Source: Schmidtea nova
Taxonomy: Eukaryota
DNA: 64,000 bases
Assembly (NCBI GenBank): GCA_044892505.1
Contig: CM097883.1
Location: forward strand, 160,642,001-160,706,000
Direction of reading: 5' to 3'
The stretch's first letter is position 1. Each line of letters starts with the position of its first letter. Positions 46,485 through 60,300 of this stretch are shown piece by piece. The translations under genes and the position numbers were made by a program. Below the pieces are notes generated by a model. The model saw only the letters and a program-made list of their open reading frames with translations. It was not told the origin of the DNA and searched no databases.

Positions 46485-46870
46485 CCCCGGGCTACCAAAG
46501 GTCTTTAGTCAGGCAGTTATTTACATATTGCAGTTTATAATGAACAACAAATGTCACAAACATTTTAACTCTGACTTTTTCCACAAAAGTAACATCCGTA
46601 AATAATGCCTTTCTGAAAGTTCTCTCCGAATAGCCATATTCTAAGAAAATGGCAATCCTTCATTAACATGATCGACTGTTATCACTGTTGTGTGTCTGGT
46701 GTGAGTAATCATATTCTGTGTGTGAGTGCGTGCGTACATGCGCGCATGCAGCATGTTGAAGGTGTTGGTGAACTTTGTTCCAATTGCTGTTCATATTTGC
46801 ACGGCAGACGTTCATTATAAACTGCAATATGTAAATAACTGTCGGACTTAAGACTTTTGGTAGGCCGGGG
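46485..46870. mobile_element. TA-flanked MITE, copy 2
   Basis: ~60-bp TIRs (ccccgg.ctaccaaa.gtct...cagttatttacatattgcagtttataatgaac) with TA flanks. Confidence 0.8.
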
Positions 46871-47673
46871 TAGTATTACTGTATGCATCTAGCCAATAAA
46901 CATTTTCAGGTGAAAAAATGATGTCTATCAGAAATTTTCAGACCATCCTATCTACTTTTAATTAAAATTTGTTTTAATCAAGATTTTTAATGTTAATAAA
47001 AATTAATAATAATAATTATAATAATTATAATAGTAATAAATATAGTAATATCAAAAATAGTAGAAGTAATATAAATAATAACATCGATATTAATACGAAA
47101 AATGTATATTATTCAAAAAATTAGTGTTTCAATATTCTGACCCTGGAAAATGAAGCAGTCAATTCCAGAAGATTTCAAAATAGAGCAATTTATATATTTA
47201 GTAATAACCATGGATAGGAGTTTTCTGTACTATTTTATCGAATTCTACTGAGAAAAACCCGAAATTAAGTAGGGAAAGTTAGAAATTTTGCTATAAGAAT
47301 TATAGTACCCAAGCTTACAATTTGATTGGAATATTCGTTATAAACTATTTTGGTTCATTTTAAAAGATAAAATGGATAATTTCAAAATTACTTAATGAAT
47401 TCTAGTGATATTTTCAAACTTTTAATATTTTTTACCAATGATATATTCATTAAAGATACTAAAATATAAATTTAATGTCAAATGAATGTGTTTATTCGTT
47501 TTCTTTTCAACTATGTCGAATTATATTAATTATTAGTAAAAAGAAGTACATTTTGTTAAAAATTGAGTGTACACTGTTTTTGTATTGATTATTAAGGGAA
47601 AATGGAGTGGATGACTGGTAAAAATGATTTACATTAGCAACATAATGGAAGATCAGGGGTTAAAATGACGTCA

Positions 47674-47721
<48 letters not shown>

Positions 47722-48827
47722 GACTGAATGCATAACGAACAAAAAAAGTGTAGTCTTCTTTTATCAGCTTTTAGTATTTCGCATATTGAGTTTGGTTTGT
47801 CAATTCGCTATTTGATTCAGATAATAGTGAATATACTATGCATTAACACAATAGTACCCATGCAAATTTTCAATTTTCTTTCATTAACAGAATATTTTAC
47901 ATTTTTGTCTAACCAATATACTATTCTCAAAAAGATGATAAATTCTGCATTTTCTCCGAATTTTGTGCTCAGCGAAACATACTTTTTCCTGTTGATAACT
48001 AAAAATCGCACATCATAAAAATGGCTGACTTTATAGAATTTTTCATTAATATAATTCATTTAAATCTAAAGGCAAAGTAAATAAATTTTTTATTAATAAA
48101 TGTTTTATTTGTTAAATCAATAAGCAATGTGTTACGGCTATCATTGCATAATAATCTATTAAATTAAAATGTCACGAATGATACAATAAAACAAAATCAG
48201 TATCAAATTTTTACAAACCAATTTATAAAGACACCCTTTAACATTTTCTCTCCGAAAAAAAATAAATTTTAACTAATTCTAGTTTATATCATTAATTTTA
48301 TTAATTATATTATATCTCATTTATTAAAATTCTGAGACGATCACATTGCTAAATTGATAAAATTTTTAATTTAAAATTTGATGTGAAAGCTGAAAATAGT
48401 AACGTCAGCTATACATAGTGTACATAAGCGTTCATTTGACTAAATTCTATCACAATAATTCAATCAATAACTGTATTAATCACGTGAGAAATTAATTAAA
48501 ATAATACAAAATTATGCAATATATTATTGAAAATTTTGAATTTAATTAATCAAATGTTTGATGAATTATTTAGAAATTCATTAGAAATAAAATAATTAAA
48601 AGAAAATATTTCCAATAAAAAATAATCTGCGTTTGTAAGCAATCAAAATCAAAAGTCATATAATTAATTGGTTTCAAATGAATATATAGTTTAGTCATTA
48701 TCAAATAAATAATTTTGTCTCGTAAATCAGCAATTTGTTTTATGAAATCAAGTTGTATTTCAACATAAACTTTTTATTTCACCTTCACAACAAAATACGT
48801 AACGGAAAAGGAGAAAATTTGTGACAC

Positions 48828-48877
<50 letters not shown>

Positions 48878-51789
48878 CAAATTTCGTTTTGGGATATTTA
48901 GAATCAGAAAATAATTCCTGTTTGATTTTTGATAAGTACATTAGCCTTTTAAAAATCTTTCATTGTTGAACTTTTGAGTTTATTTATTATCTCAATTTAA
49001 TTCATAAGTGAATGAAAACGGTTATGATATTTAAAAATAGATAAAGCTGCAATAAAATGAAATATATTATTAATTGATAAAGAAATCAAAGTATGACAAG
49101 TGTCTTGTAACTGGGTCATTAGATTATGTTTTTAAATGGAATAATTTATGTTAAAATAATCTATATAATAATAATTAACCATTTTAATAATTAACCCTTT
49201 TATATAAAACGACTATCACTCATTTAATAAATTACAAATTTATTTCATTTTTTCAGACAATAAATCAAAAAATTTAAGCAAAAGGAGTCTGGAAATTTAT
49301 GTTGAGAGAAAAATTTTTGATCTATTGTCTGATAAAAATGAAAATAAATAAAATCGTAAAAATAACAAAGTTATCCGGTTGTCAATGGCTCAAGTGTAAA
49401 TTGCTTGATAAATTTCTGGTACAGTTGATGGATTTTAATTGATCAGTATTAGTGAAAAGTAGACGAAAAAACGAAAAATCCCCTACTGAAAGTAAAAGAT
49501 TTTAATCACAACTTTGATATATGTATTTTGAAAAATCAATAAATAATAAAATTAATTAATTTTATTGTTTTCATTTATTAATATTTTATTAATAATTAAA
49601 ACTAATTATGTCCATTGGATACAATGTATTTCTTGGCAAAATATTCTATGATTTCGCAGATTTATAGACAGACAACTTAAATAAATAAGATTCCTACTGA
49701 TTCATCAATTGAACTGGTGACTTTCTAAAGACTGAAACTAAGTTGGAATTTGAAATAAATAATTCCTAACAAGTCTGATGAAATAATTTTTCATCATTAT
49801 TTTGTAAACTGTTGGTTCGTGAATTTACTTTGATTTCCCAATCATTGTATCAATAATTCGAATATATTTTCTTGATTATTTTTTAAATTGAATTTCATTA
49901 ATTTTAGGATAGATGTTTAAAAAAATAGTTTGTATTACTTGTTAACAACGTTATACTAATTTTGATTGGTCAAAATAGATAAAAAAGGACAATTATATAT
50001 AAAATTTTATTATTCAATTTATTTGAAAACAATCAAATTTTTATTAAATGTGATAGCTTATTTGTTGCAATAAAATTAATTAACAATTACGTGTAGACAT
50101 ATTCGTGACAAGTAGACTAGACTATGTATACTGCATAATAATAAAATTTCAACATCCAAATGTATCATCAAACTCTATTTCAATCATTTGCAGCAATCTA
50201 CTGTAAGATTAAATAAGTTAATAATTTTATATTATAGAAAACATATAAGTTAGTTAATGTTAGTTAATGTATGCCATTGTATACATTTGCAGTATTTACT
50301 ATAGGAAATGAAGTGGGTCAGAAAATCTAAGTGTGTTATAGGTGATTTCAATAAAATGACACACGGATTTGCAATGAAATGAATCGTTTTCAATCATTTG
50401 CAGCAATTCAAATTTTTATTTAAATAAATAATCCAAAAATAATCTTTTAACAATATTTCTGAAACCTCAACACTCAGTAAACTCTTTCTTTTCTTAGAAA
50501 TATTTTAAACTTTAAAAATTTAACATTGTCATAGAATTTGTTGTACATAAAGTTTTTATTTTTACTTAAAATAAATAACTTATATCAATCATTTGCATTT
50601 ATCAAAAATTCCCTGGCAAAGTGGCACATGACAAAACAACTCTTCCTCCTAACATCTCCTATAAATGAATCAAATGCTTTTTAGATAAAATTTATAGAAT
50701 ATCTGTATCATAATTGCGTCGTTTTATCATGAGTCACTTTGTACGGACACATTTATAAAAATGATCCTTAATCAAAAAATGCTAACAGCTAATTATAATT
50801 AAAGAACTGTGTTAAATTTTAAAATTGTTACATTTAAATTACGTAAAACTAATTAAATTACCAAAATGGTCAATAAAAAATTATTATTCAAAAAGTTAGA
50901 CAAAAACTACAAATACACTCTTTGTAATAATGTATAATAAATAATTGCAGTATTTGAAACCCAGATATACCAAGCAAACATTCAAGCATTCATACTTGAT
51001 GATGATAAGGGATTGCTTAATATAAAATAAGGGTCAGAACAATTAAATATTTCATTACAACTACTGATATAATTATTTAATTAGTTTTAAAAAGCCTGTT
51101 TTTTTACAGTGTAAATGGAACCGCTGAAAATATATGTTCAATAGAAATAAATTTTTGATCTATTGTCTGAAAATATTAAAAATGAACTATTTTAAAGTGG
51201 TAAATCGAAAACTGGAAAAATTTCGATAAAAATTTTTAGTTTGGAATTAAAATCAAAATCTTGGCTTTCTTGTCGATCCATAGTGATCATTAGTAACAAT
51301 AATTTGTAGACTGATTAAAACAACGACTGAAAAACGTTAAATCATGTAAGATATATATGGCAGTCAACGTGTTAAATTCTTTGTGTTTATTTTGAAAGTT
51401 TTTGAATTTTAAAATTAATTTTCTTATTGATAGAAATTGTTGACAAAGTAAATAACAATATTAGTACTAGAAACTTGCACATGACATTTTGAATTGTGCT
51501 AATAATGACTCAGAACGGAAATTTAAACAATAAAATTGATTTATTCACAATAAATTAGTTTCTAGTAAAAATTTATCGATGACATGTCAAAACTTTTGTG
51601 TTTATTTATTCGAATGAGCTTTTTAGTTTATACTTTACGATTACGGACAATGTTTTGATTCGACGGTTCTTGTGCTCTATTATTTAACTTATTTTCAGAT
51701 ATTGGATAAATATAATTATTTATTGACTTATATTAAGATATTTATATTTAAAATTTTCAATTAATATAATTATGTAAATCGTATGCAAT

Positions 51790-52318
51790 CAGGGCCAACT
51801 CAGAGGTCGTGACTTCGGGGATTTTTTCCGAGGCCCCGCGCTTTCATATTCTAAAAATTATTAGTAGCTAAGCAAAATTTTTACACCGAATGCGACGTAT
51901 TTTACAAGTCGAGTGTTAACGCAAGTCTTTCCTGCATTTTTAATATCGATGATCCGTAAAACATTGAACAAGTGAATTCCTCTATTGAATTCTCAGCAAT
52001 AAAGAAAGGACATTTTTCACAATATAAATTGGACAAACAAAATATATAAAAAACAATGTATTGTAATAGCATTCTTAATTTATAAAGAACTGTAGCCATT
52101 GTAACTATAGACACAGAAAGTAATGAAAATATTTTAAATGGCAGATGGCTTCGGATCAAAGCGCGGGGTCTACAAAGGTGCAGGGCCTTTTCAATAAAAT
52201 AACAAACCAAATAATAAATGCAAATACAAAATTATGTTCATGTATCATTTCTTCTTTTTGGGGAAGAGCCCCGCATATAATATTTCCCGAGGCCCCGCAA
52301 AACCCACAGCCGGCCCTG
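51790..52318. mobile_element. hAT-type MITE
   Basis: cagggcc...ggccctg termini. 8-bp TSD TATGCAAT on both sides. Confidence 0.85.
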
Positions 52319-54183
52319 TATGCAATTAATTTTTATTAAGTATCTTTGTTAAAAATAGAAAGAGATACAAAAATATATTCTGAAGACAAATATCCAACAA
52401 GCACTTACATAACTCTTCATTGCAAAACATCTAAAAATGTAATTTATTGGTCTACTCATTATTTACAAAGAATACCTGCAAACACAGCAACATTCAAACA
52501 CAACAATCAGACATCATAAATAACCTCTAATCTTGAAACTACGATTTTGACATATTATGTTATAGGTTAATTTAATTTATCTACTTATTCCTTACAATTA
52601 TCATTATTAATAAAATTCTAGTAGCCAAAGCTTTTCAATAGTTAGTTATAATATACGTCAAAGTTAAAATTTAGCTCTTTAATTTTACAAACATCGTGAA
52701 TAACATTTTAGCTACCAACAATATGATAAAGAAAAGAACATAGAAGAGAATGGCTACACATATTAAGCATTAAAATATTATGATCAAATGTTAAAAAATA
52801 TTAATAAACAATTCATTATTAAATTGATTTGTACTACTTTAAAATTTTACCACAAGAGATATTTAATATATGAAATACCTAATAATTAAAATTTCAAAAT
52901 AATTTGTTATAATAAATATTAATTCATTATTGTTACTTTTAAACCTTTAGCAGATACTTAGATAAGTATAGATTCTGAGTAGTAGGATGTGTCCACATCA
53001 GATATAGTACCCTGGGTCACCCAGGCTGGGTGTTATGTAATATTTTACTGTTGATCGCGGTTATGTAATAATTACGACTGGTCCTGTTAAATCAAATTTT
53101 ATCCATATCTTGTTACAAAAATATTTGACCCCTATTATATCTTCCTTGACCCAAATAATAGGTACATGATGCGATATGGGTCAACTATGGCGTAATGGGG
53201 GTCTGATATGATCTAATAGAGTAGATTATTGTGACCTATTACACTGTTATTATGTATTACGTATTAAAGGTCAAATGTTATGTAACACTATGGCACTGTA
53301 TCTAACTGGGACACATACTACTGTTCGGTAGTTTTGAAAATTGCATATTTTAATTTTAATTTAATTTATTTTTTATGTGACGAATAAATCTAAAGGGATT
53401 TATGTAATATTTATTAAAAAACTTTATTAGCTTTACGCATGCATAGCGCTCACTTTTCCCTTAACTTAGATCTAAAAAGATTAAATAAATGTTGCGCTAG
53501 TGAATGAGACGGAAAGTTAGATTTAAATAACGCGATGAAAATCCAGTTATACAAGCATTCAAACAGATACGGATTAAAACTTAGCAAATAGTCGTTTCTG
53601 AGTTCAAATTTTAAATGATCAAAGCATTCTACACATTTTGCAATGTTATTTTTATCGAAATGTAAGTTCCTGAGTAGTTTTTACATTTTAGAATAAGTAA
53701 GAGAAAAATCAAAGTTTAATCAAACAACGAATCATTGAAAAATTAATTTTTTCAACTTTCATTGATCCAGTTGTATTTTCTGTAGTTGTGTTGTCGACTA
53801 AAATTGATCTGAATCATTCTGTATTAATATCCACCAATCAAATTAATTTCAAATATCCCTAACTATTTTTACACATGACATTTTCCAAATTATTTCCAGA
53901 TATTACAAATAATTTAATTTTAGAGTATTCAAATAGAGATCATAATTTGAACTTTTTTTAGTTATATAAATAGTTTTTTAATCGAAATTGTTAAAATTGT
54001 CAGCGTATTTCAATAAGTTATAATTATGGACTATGAATTTTGACAGAAAAAATTTTTTTAGTAAAACTTTTAAATTTAAATTTTATTATTGATCAAGAGT
54101 AAAATTTGGTCATTTGATGATTATAGATCAATAAAATTCCTATGGAAGACTGAAAACATCTGTCACACTAAGAAATATAAATA

Positions 54184-56058
54184 CAGTAGTGTGTGAAATT
54201 TAGGGCACAAATATGTGCTAAAAATCTTATTTGCCCTAAATTTCGAAAAAAATTATTTCGTTTAAAATTACATAAAATCATTATTTAAAATCATTATTAT
54301 TTATGTATAAAAGATTTTTTTACTTTAAAAGGTGTAATTCATTAGCATGAATTGCAGTAAGACAATTCACAGAATAAATTCTAATTACATATATAAAAAT
54401 TTTATTAATTTATTATAAAAATGAAGCATGAACATGTTGCTTGATATTCGCTGTAAAAATCTGTTAGTTTCTTTATAATTGAATATAGCACTGCGCTTCC
54501 GATATATCGGAAATGATTTCATCGAGACAAAATAAGGATTCATCATAAATAGGATCATCTTTCACCACACAGTCTGGATCAATTAAAGTATCAAACAAAA
54601 CTTCATTTTCGTCTTTTTCTAAATCTGCATTCTGAAGCTTCTCTTTCATTTTTTCAAACTTTTCCCAACAATTCAAATACGTCCCTGGAAGAACCTTATT
54701 GATAGACTCTTATCCAGTAACATACTTCTAGCAATGTCAAAGCACTAAAACAAGATTTTATATCCGCACTATTATCAATTATCATATTTGTAACAAAGTT
54801 ATTGACATATTCAGAATAATTAGACTTAATATCGTTAATTATACCTAGATCTAGAGGTGGTAAGATTGATGTAGTATTAGGTGGCAAAAATAACAGTTTC
54901 ACGTTCGAAAATACACCAACCTCGTGACCTTTAAAATTATCGCATAATATTAAGATTTTTCTATCCTGTTTGATCATTTCGTCATTTAGATCGTTTATAT
55001 ATTTCAAAAAAATATCTTTGGTAAGCCACGAAGATGTGTTGTTAGCATATTTGAGGTTGTAATTATCTGGTTTCTCGTTTTTAAAAGCCCTGGGGTTTTT
55101 GCTTTTTCCTATGATTAATGGCGTAATCTCATCACCGTATTTATTAAAACACAATAAAAGAGTAATTCTTGTTTTATCGGTTTTTATACTTTTCTATGAT
55201 CTTCATCCCTCAGAATGTAACTTCTTCTACCAAAATTCTTGATATATAGACAAGTCTCATCTAAATTGTAAATATCTTTTTCATCATAATATTTCTTTAT
55301 AGCTTCAAATTCATCAAAAAAGTCAAGAATCTTGTCTGTCATAACAGATTTTGCCTCTCCGCAAAGGGATTTAAATGCCACATTATATCGCTTTTTAAAA
55401 CCTCTTATAAAGTATGGTGTGATGTTCACACGGCAAGATGGTGTTATTGATTTATATTAAGTTCCCCATTAAAACATTGCCACCTGCATTTCTAATCTGC
55501 CTGATACCATCAAGCATGTATTGATCAATGTTCAATAGCTTGATTTCTGCAGCTTTACATAAATTAAAAGTATCCAATGTTGGATCATCACTTTCCATGT
55601 TTAAAATCTCCTCCGAAGATTTGATTGCTGTTCTAATAACCTTTTGTGATACATTAAATTCTTTTTCGATGTCACACAAAGCCTTTTTATCCTTTTTATA
55701 TGCTTTGGCAATTTCTCTTTTTATTCTTTTGGTGTAAGTTTTTCTTTTTTTCTTATTTAAGTCCATAATGAAGATTGCCTTAAATTTTTAACAAAAATGG
55801 ATTTTTTATAGGTAAATATATACTCCATTAAATTTTAAGTAAAAAAATGCCTTAAATTTTTAACATGCCCTAAAATTTTATTATAAATCGCAGAATTGCT
55901 CGAAAATATTGCTTTTTAAAAATAAATAAACGATATATAAATTTATTTTATTCTTTTTGACATCATACAAAATTTTAATACTGAAATTCTTTTCTTACAA
56001 GATAAATGCCTTAAAAATTTAACATTTACAGTCTATTTTTGTGCCCTAAAATACCATG
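54184..56058 (-). mobile_element. pogo/Tigger-like DNA transposon, decayed
   Basis: TA-CAGTAG left end. tttagggcacaaa / tttgtgccctaaa inverted motifs. Contains a transposase pseudogene. Confidence 0.8.
54473..55766 (-). pseudogene. pogo/Tigger (CENP-B-like, DDE_1) transposase pseudogene
   Basis: N-terminal HTH, then GFKKRYNV...GEA, IYNLDETCL, IIGKSKNPRAF, LILCDNFKGH and FLPPNTTSILPPLDLGII, split by frameshifts. Confidence 0.9.
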
Positions 56059-56902
56059 TAAAATATACTTTAAAAAGTTAGTGACTAAAATTTTATTGAT
56101 CTATTTTCATCAAATAATATGAAATAAGATTAATCCATACAATTTTTACAATTTTGTTTATCTTAATTCTTTCAGATTATAAATCAATGTATTGTTAATA
56201 GAAAGGAAAACATAGATCAATAATATGAAAGAATACAGATAAAAATATCGTAAAAACAAATCAAAGATGAAAAAGTTAAAATATGTTAATGATGAATGAA
56301 TTAATAGTTACTATGAATAATTAATAGTTACAATAGTTACTATTAACTTTTTAATTCCTCATTTCTGGAATTATTAAAATCAATCATAAAATTGATGATA
56401 TTAATTATAAAAATCAGGAAATTACTGCAGGTGACAAATCTCGATCTATCTGATCAGCGATAAGTGAAAGTCGATTTACTAATAATTGGTTATCACGTTG
56501 AAAAATCGGTTGAACTAAATCAGGCATCGGAGATCGAATGCAATGGCACGTTGAGTTTCTAGGTATTTGGAAATTTGAATTTTCCATTGCATCTTAAATA
56601 AAAATAATATTAAATAGAAAAAAATAATATATATAAATAAGCAAATTTATAATAATAATAATAATAAGGTTAGTTAAAAGTGGAGAATGAGAATTTACAG
56701 GAATAAATGACGAGTCAATTGGAAATGATTTCGTATTTGAGTGATCAGGATCTTTTTATGATCGAAATATTTCATCGAAATAAACATTACGAAGAAAGGT
56801 TAACCACTTTTACTTCTATAATATTATTATTATTAATATTTTTATTTATTATTATTAAAGTAATTTATTATTATTTAAAGTAAAATGCCATTTATACAAC
56901 AA

Positions 56903-56949
56903 ATGAACTATATATTTCGAAAGACTCCCTGTCATCATCAGGTATTCAT
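56903..56949 (-). ncRNA. Minimal type-I hammerhead ribozyme motif (Penelope-associated)
   Basis: AUGAAUAC-CUGAUGA-U-GACAG ggagu CUUUC-GAAA-UAUA-UA-GUUCAU. Core is intact, loop III is palindromic, stem II has one mismatch and stem I is bulged. Confidence 0.7.
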
Positions 56950-57104
56950 AAAACTAAGCTAAATTCAAGCTAAATAAACAACTTATAAAATATGATTAAA
57001 TAAAGATGTTAACTTATTTTAAACATTTTTCTATTTATTTTAAAATATAAATTTTAATTTATCAAGAATCAAACTACAAATTAATTTTAAAAAGGAATAA
57101 TTAT

Positions 57105-58078
57105 AGTAGACAGATGTGTGCACTCCAGAAGAAAGACGTATGACGTCATCACATGTGTGCATCCAATAAAAATCAAGTAGACCCCCCTCTTTTTTTGCGA
57201 TCCCCGATAAATTTTTTTGAACAAACCCCCCATAATTATTTTACACACACCAAGGCCTTTACTCTCGTCTTTAAATTTACCGATGACAGAGTCCAGGCTT
57301 TTTGAATATAACGAATGGTTCATATCATAATTGGAAGTGTCCAATAATTTATCTCTGATCATTGCTGGTAATAATTTATTTAATTTGCAATTAATTATTT
57401 CCAAGAAAAGGAATCGGTGTCCCCCGCAATAATATTGATTTGACAATCGAAATCTTCTCGATATTTTTTGCAAATCAATATATTGCAACTGGTACATGCG
57501 TAGTTTGGATAGATCTAGTACTGCTTGGCCGATGTAACTAGGTCTATCCAAACACACCCAATCCTTTTTCAAAATTACTGAAATTAAATCTTCGTCAATT
57601 TTGGTGTTTTTCTTAAATATTACTTTGAAGCAATAAGTTAATAATTTACTGGCAAAGTTACAAAGCCTTAAATTAATTCTCTTTTTTAAGTTTTCAACAG
57701 TCTTACCATAAAGACTGTTGTTTAGTAATTTAAAATAATTTTTGTAGACATTGCTCTAAGTTGTGTGTTAGTATCTATATATTTTAAATATATTAGACTG
57801 GTTAAACTTAATTGCACGATTAACTTTTGTTACTTTTACACCTACATTAATAAATAGTTGGAGAAGCCTCCAATGAAGAACGTAGTGTATGTGAGCAACA
57901 GCTTCTCCAATTTTGTGTTAGGGGCACACAATGTTTCGGCTGCAACTGGAAAATCGTTCAGTTTATCGTGTATTTCTGATGGGATCACTAAATCCACTTC
58001 CAATGTATAATTATATGAAAGTGAATCTAAATCATACATCCCGCTCAAATCAACAAGAAATTATCTTACAATGAAACC

Positions 58079-58149
<71 letters not shown>

Positions 58150-58628
58150 CAACAGGAAAACTTTCTTTCGTTACTCATTTCGATCCGTTGAATTTATGGA
58201 CAATAAAAATTGGTTTGTTGATATATCGATTCAAGGCTATAAAGTAGATCCAAAAGAAGCAGTGTCGCCTATTTGGAAAATCAACAGTGCTAGAATCACT
58301 TAATGTACTTTTAATAAATGTTGATAATCAATTCTTGAGTTTTTGAATTTTTATTTATTTTTTAAAGTTTTATGTATTTTTTAAGTTTTTGAAAATTTGA
58401 TCTTAAAAATAATCATGTCCTTTGACCTCAAGATGACCTGATAGTTTGTTCTTAAATGACCTTAAAAATTAAAAATAAAATTTTATGACTCATCATGTGT
58501 GTAAATAATTATGAAGGGGGTGTGAGCAAAAAAATTTTGGGGGTTTGCAAAAAAAGATGGGCTCTCGGGGATGCACACATGCTATGATGTCATATGTCTT
58601 TGTTCTGGAGTACACACATCTGTCTACT
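57105..58628. mobile_element. Non-autonomous mini-Polinton/Maverick (1524 bp)
   Basis: AGTAGA...TCTACT termini, >60-bp TIRs, a perfect 6-bp TSD AATTAT and internal protein-primed DNA polymerase B fragments. Confidence 0.88.
57250..58048 (-). pseudogene. Protein-primed DNA polymerase B fragment
   Basis: YTLEVDLVIPSEIHDKLNDFPVAAE, KLLNNSLYGKTVEN, RPSYIGQAVLDLSKLRMY and IGKFKDE. Confidence 0.85.
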
Positions 58629-58830
58629 AATTATTAACAAATTTTATTCAAAATTTCTAAAATATTTTAAAAATATATATTTAAAAAAAATTAATTATTA
58701 AATTTAAACAAAACTAATTCAATTCAATTTAATTAATTCAATTTTAATTTTTAATTTATTTTATTTTTCATCATTAAATTTAATACAACAAAATACACAA
58801 ACTATTTTAGAAAATTCAAAACACACGTGT

Positions 58831-59920
58831 TCACTGCACATTAATTTTAGGATTTAACGATTTTATCAACAAATATTCACATATAATGCGTTCATAATGA
58901 TTATTAATGATTTTTTGATAAGATTTTAAAATCAAACATACCAATCTTTCTGTTACAGATTTTATTATGATCACTAATACTGGACACTCCCTTCGGTCGA
59001 CCATGTTTAAGAACTCAAGTACAAAGATGGCGGACAGTCTCTCCAATGTATGTGGCATTACACCCATTATATGTAAATTGATAAACGAGATCTGAACACA
59101 ATCCAATCGGAGTTTGTGACTTACTAACAAGCATACTACTCACTTTGCAAGAATTGGAGATAATTCTAAAGTTTAAACCGCTCAACTGCTTTTCTATTTT
59201 CCTTTTATACGCCTCCAAATACGGTGTTTCCATCGTGAATTTTGGATTTTCTTATTTGAAATATCCTATATTACTATTCTCTACATCATCCAAATTATCA
59301 GTATTATTACATTCACGATTACAAGGATCCTTAGGATTATTTATACATTTATCAACCGTTTCTTTCATCATCATTATCAAAAATTGTTTTGAATAACCAT
59401 TCTTTAGTAACAGTTCTACTAGTTTATCTATAATTTTTACAGAATTTTTGAAAGTATAGGATAAACACCATGATCGATAAATCAATCCTTTTACCATATT
59501 TCTCTTATATTTAAACTCACAAAAACTTTCTGACTTAGTATAAAAACCAGTATCAGTTAGTTTTCTAAAATATCTGTCTCATACTGTTCATCCTTGCGTT
59601 TGATAAACAGATCTGAAAACGCCATCGAGGATTCATTCTCGATTTCACATGTGAACACGATGTTTTTATGTACACCATTCATATAATCTAAAAATGGCTG
59701 TACGTGATCTTTATTTTTAAATATAAGAAAAATGTCATCGACTTATCTTTTATATAGAATTGGAATTTCAAATTGGAAAAAAATAATTTTCTTTTCTAAA
59801 CTCGCTAAAAATATTGAAGTCGTCGTTGGTGCTAAAATAGAACCCATAGCCACTCCGTCTATTTGTTGGTATCATTCATTATTAAAAAGAAAATTAACTG
59901 TGGAAGTAGCGAAATTTATA
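58831..59920 (-). pseudogene. Penelope RT-thumb/GIY-YIG ORF remnant
   Basis: The Penelope RT and GIY-YIG motifs lie across several frames with stops. Confidence 0.85.
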
Positions 59921-60079
59921 AAAATTTATATTTTAAAATAAATATTTAGAATACTTTTTAAAAAAGTTAACATCTTTATCTAATTATTTTTTATAATTTG
60001 TTTCTTTAGCTTGAATTTAGTATAGTTTTATGGATATTATCTTGATATAAAGTTATTATTATTGTTATTATTATTATTA

Positions 60080-60300
60080 CTAGGCTTTATCCTGTGCTAG
60101 CACGGGTAAATAGTTTGAATACTTAACGCCTTGTCACTGTATGTATGTGTCTGTAACGCTGATAATAAATCAACTTAATTAATTTATTTTAATAAATATT
60201 AATAAATTTCAATTTTAATCTACTTACTATAGTAAGTAGACTGTCTAATATGGTCAGCGTTACTGACACATACAGTGAGAAGGCTTTTATATATATTAGA
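60080..60300 (-). mobile_element. Short non-autonomous Helitron
   Basis: Minus strand starts TCTAATATATA and ends with the hairpin cccgtgctagcacagg plus CTAG|T. Confidence 0.6.

Larger units (their letters stand above)
56890..60036 (-). mobile_element. 5'-truncated Penelope-like retroelement with inverted pseudo-LTR, interrupted by a mini-Polinton
   Basis: RT remnants (QIDGVAMGSILAP, VDDIFLIF, KLTDTG, KGLIYRSWCLS) and a GIY-YIG endonuclease (LVYQFTYNGCNATYIGETVRHL). 59922-60036 is an inverted copy of 56945-57055. Confidence 0.85.
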
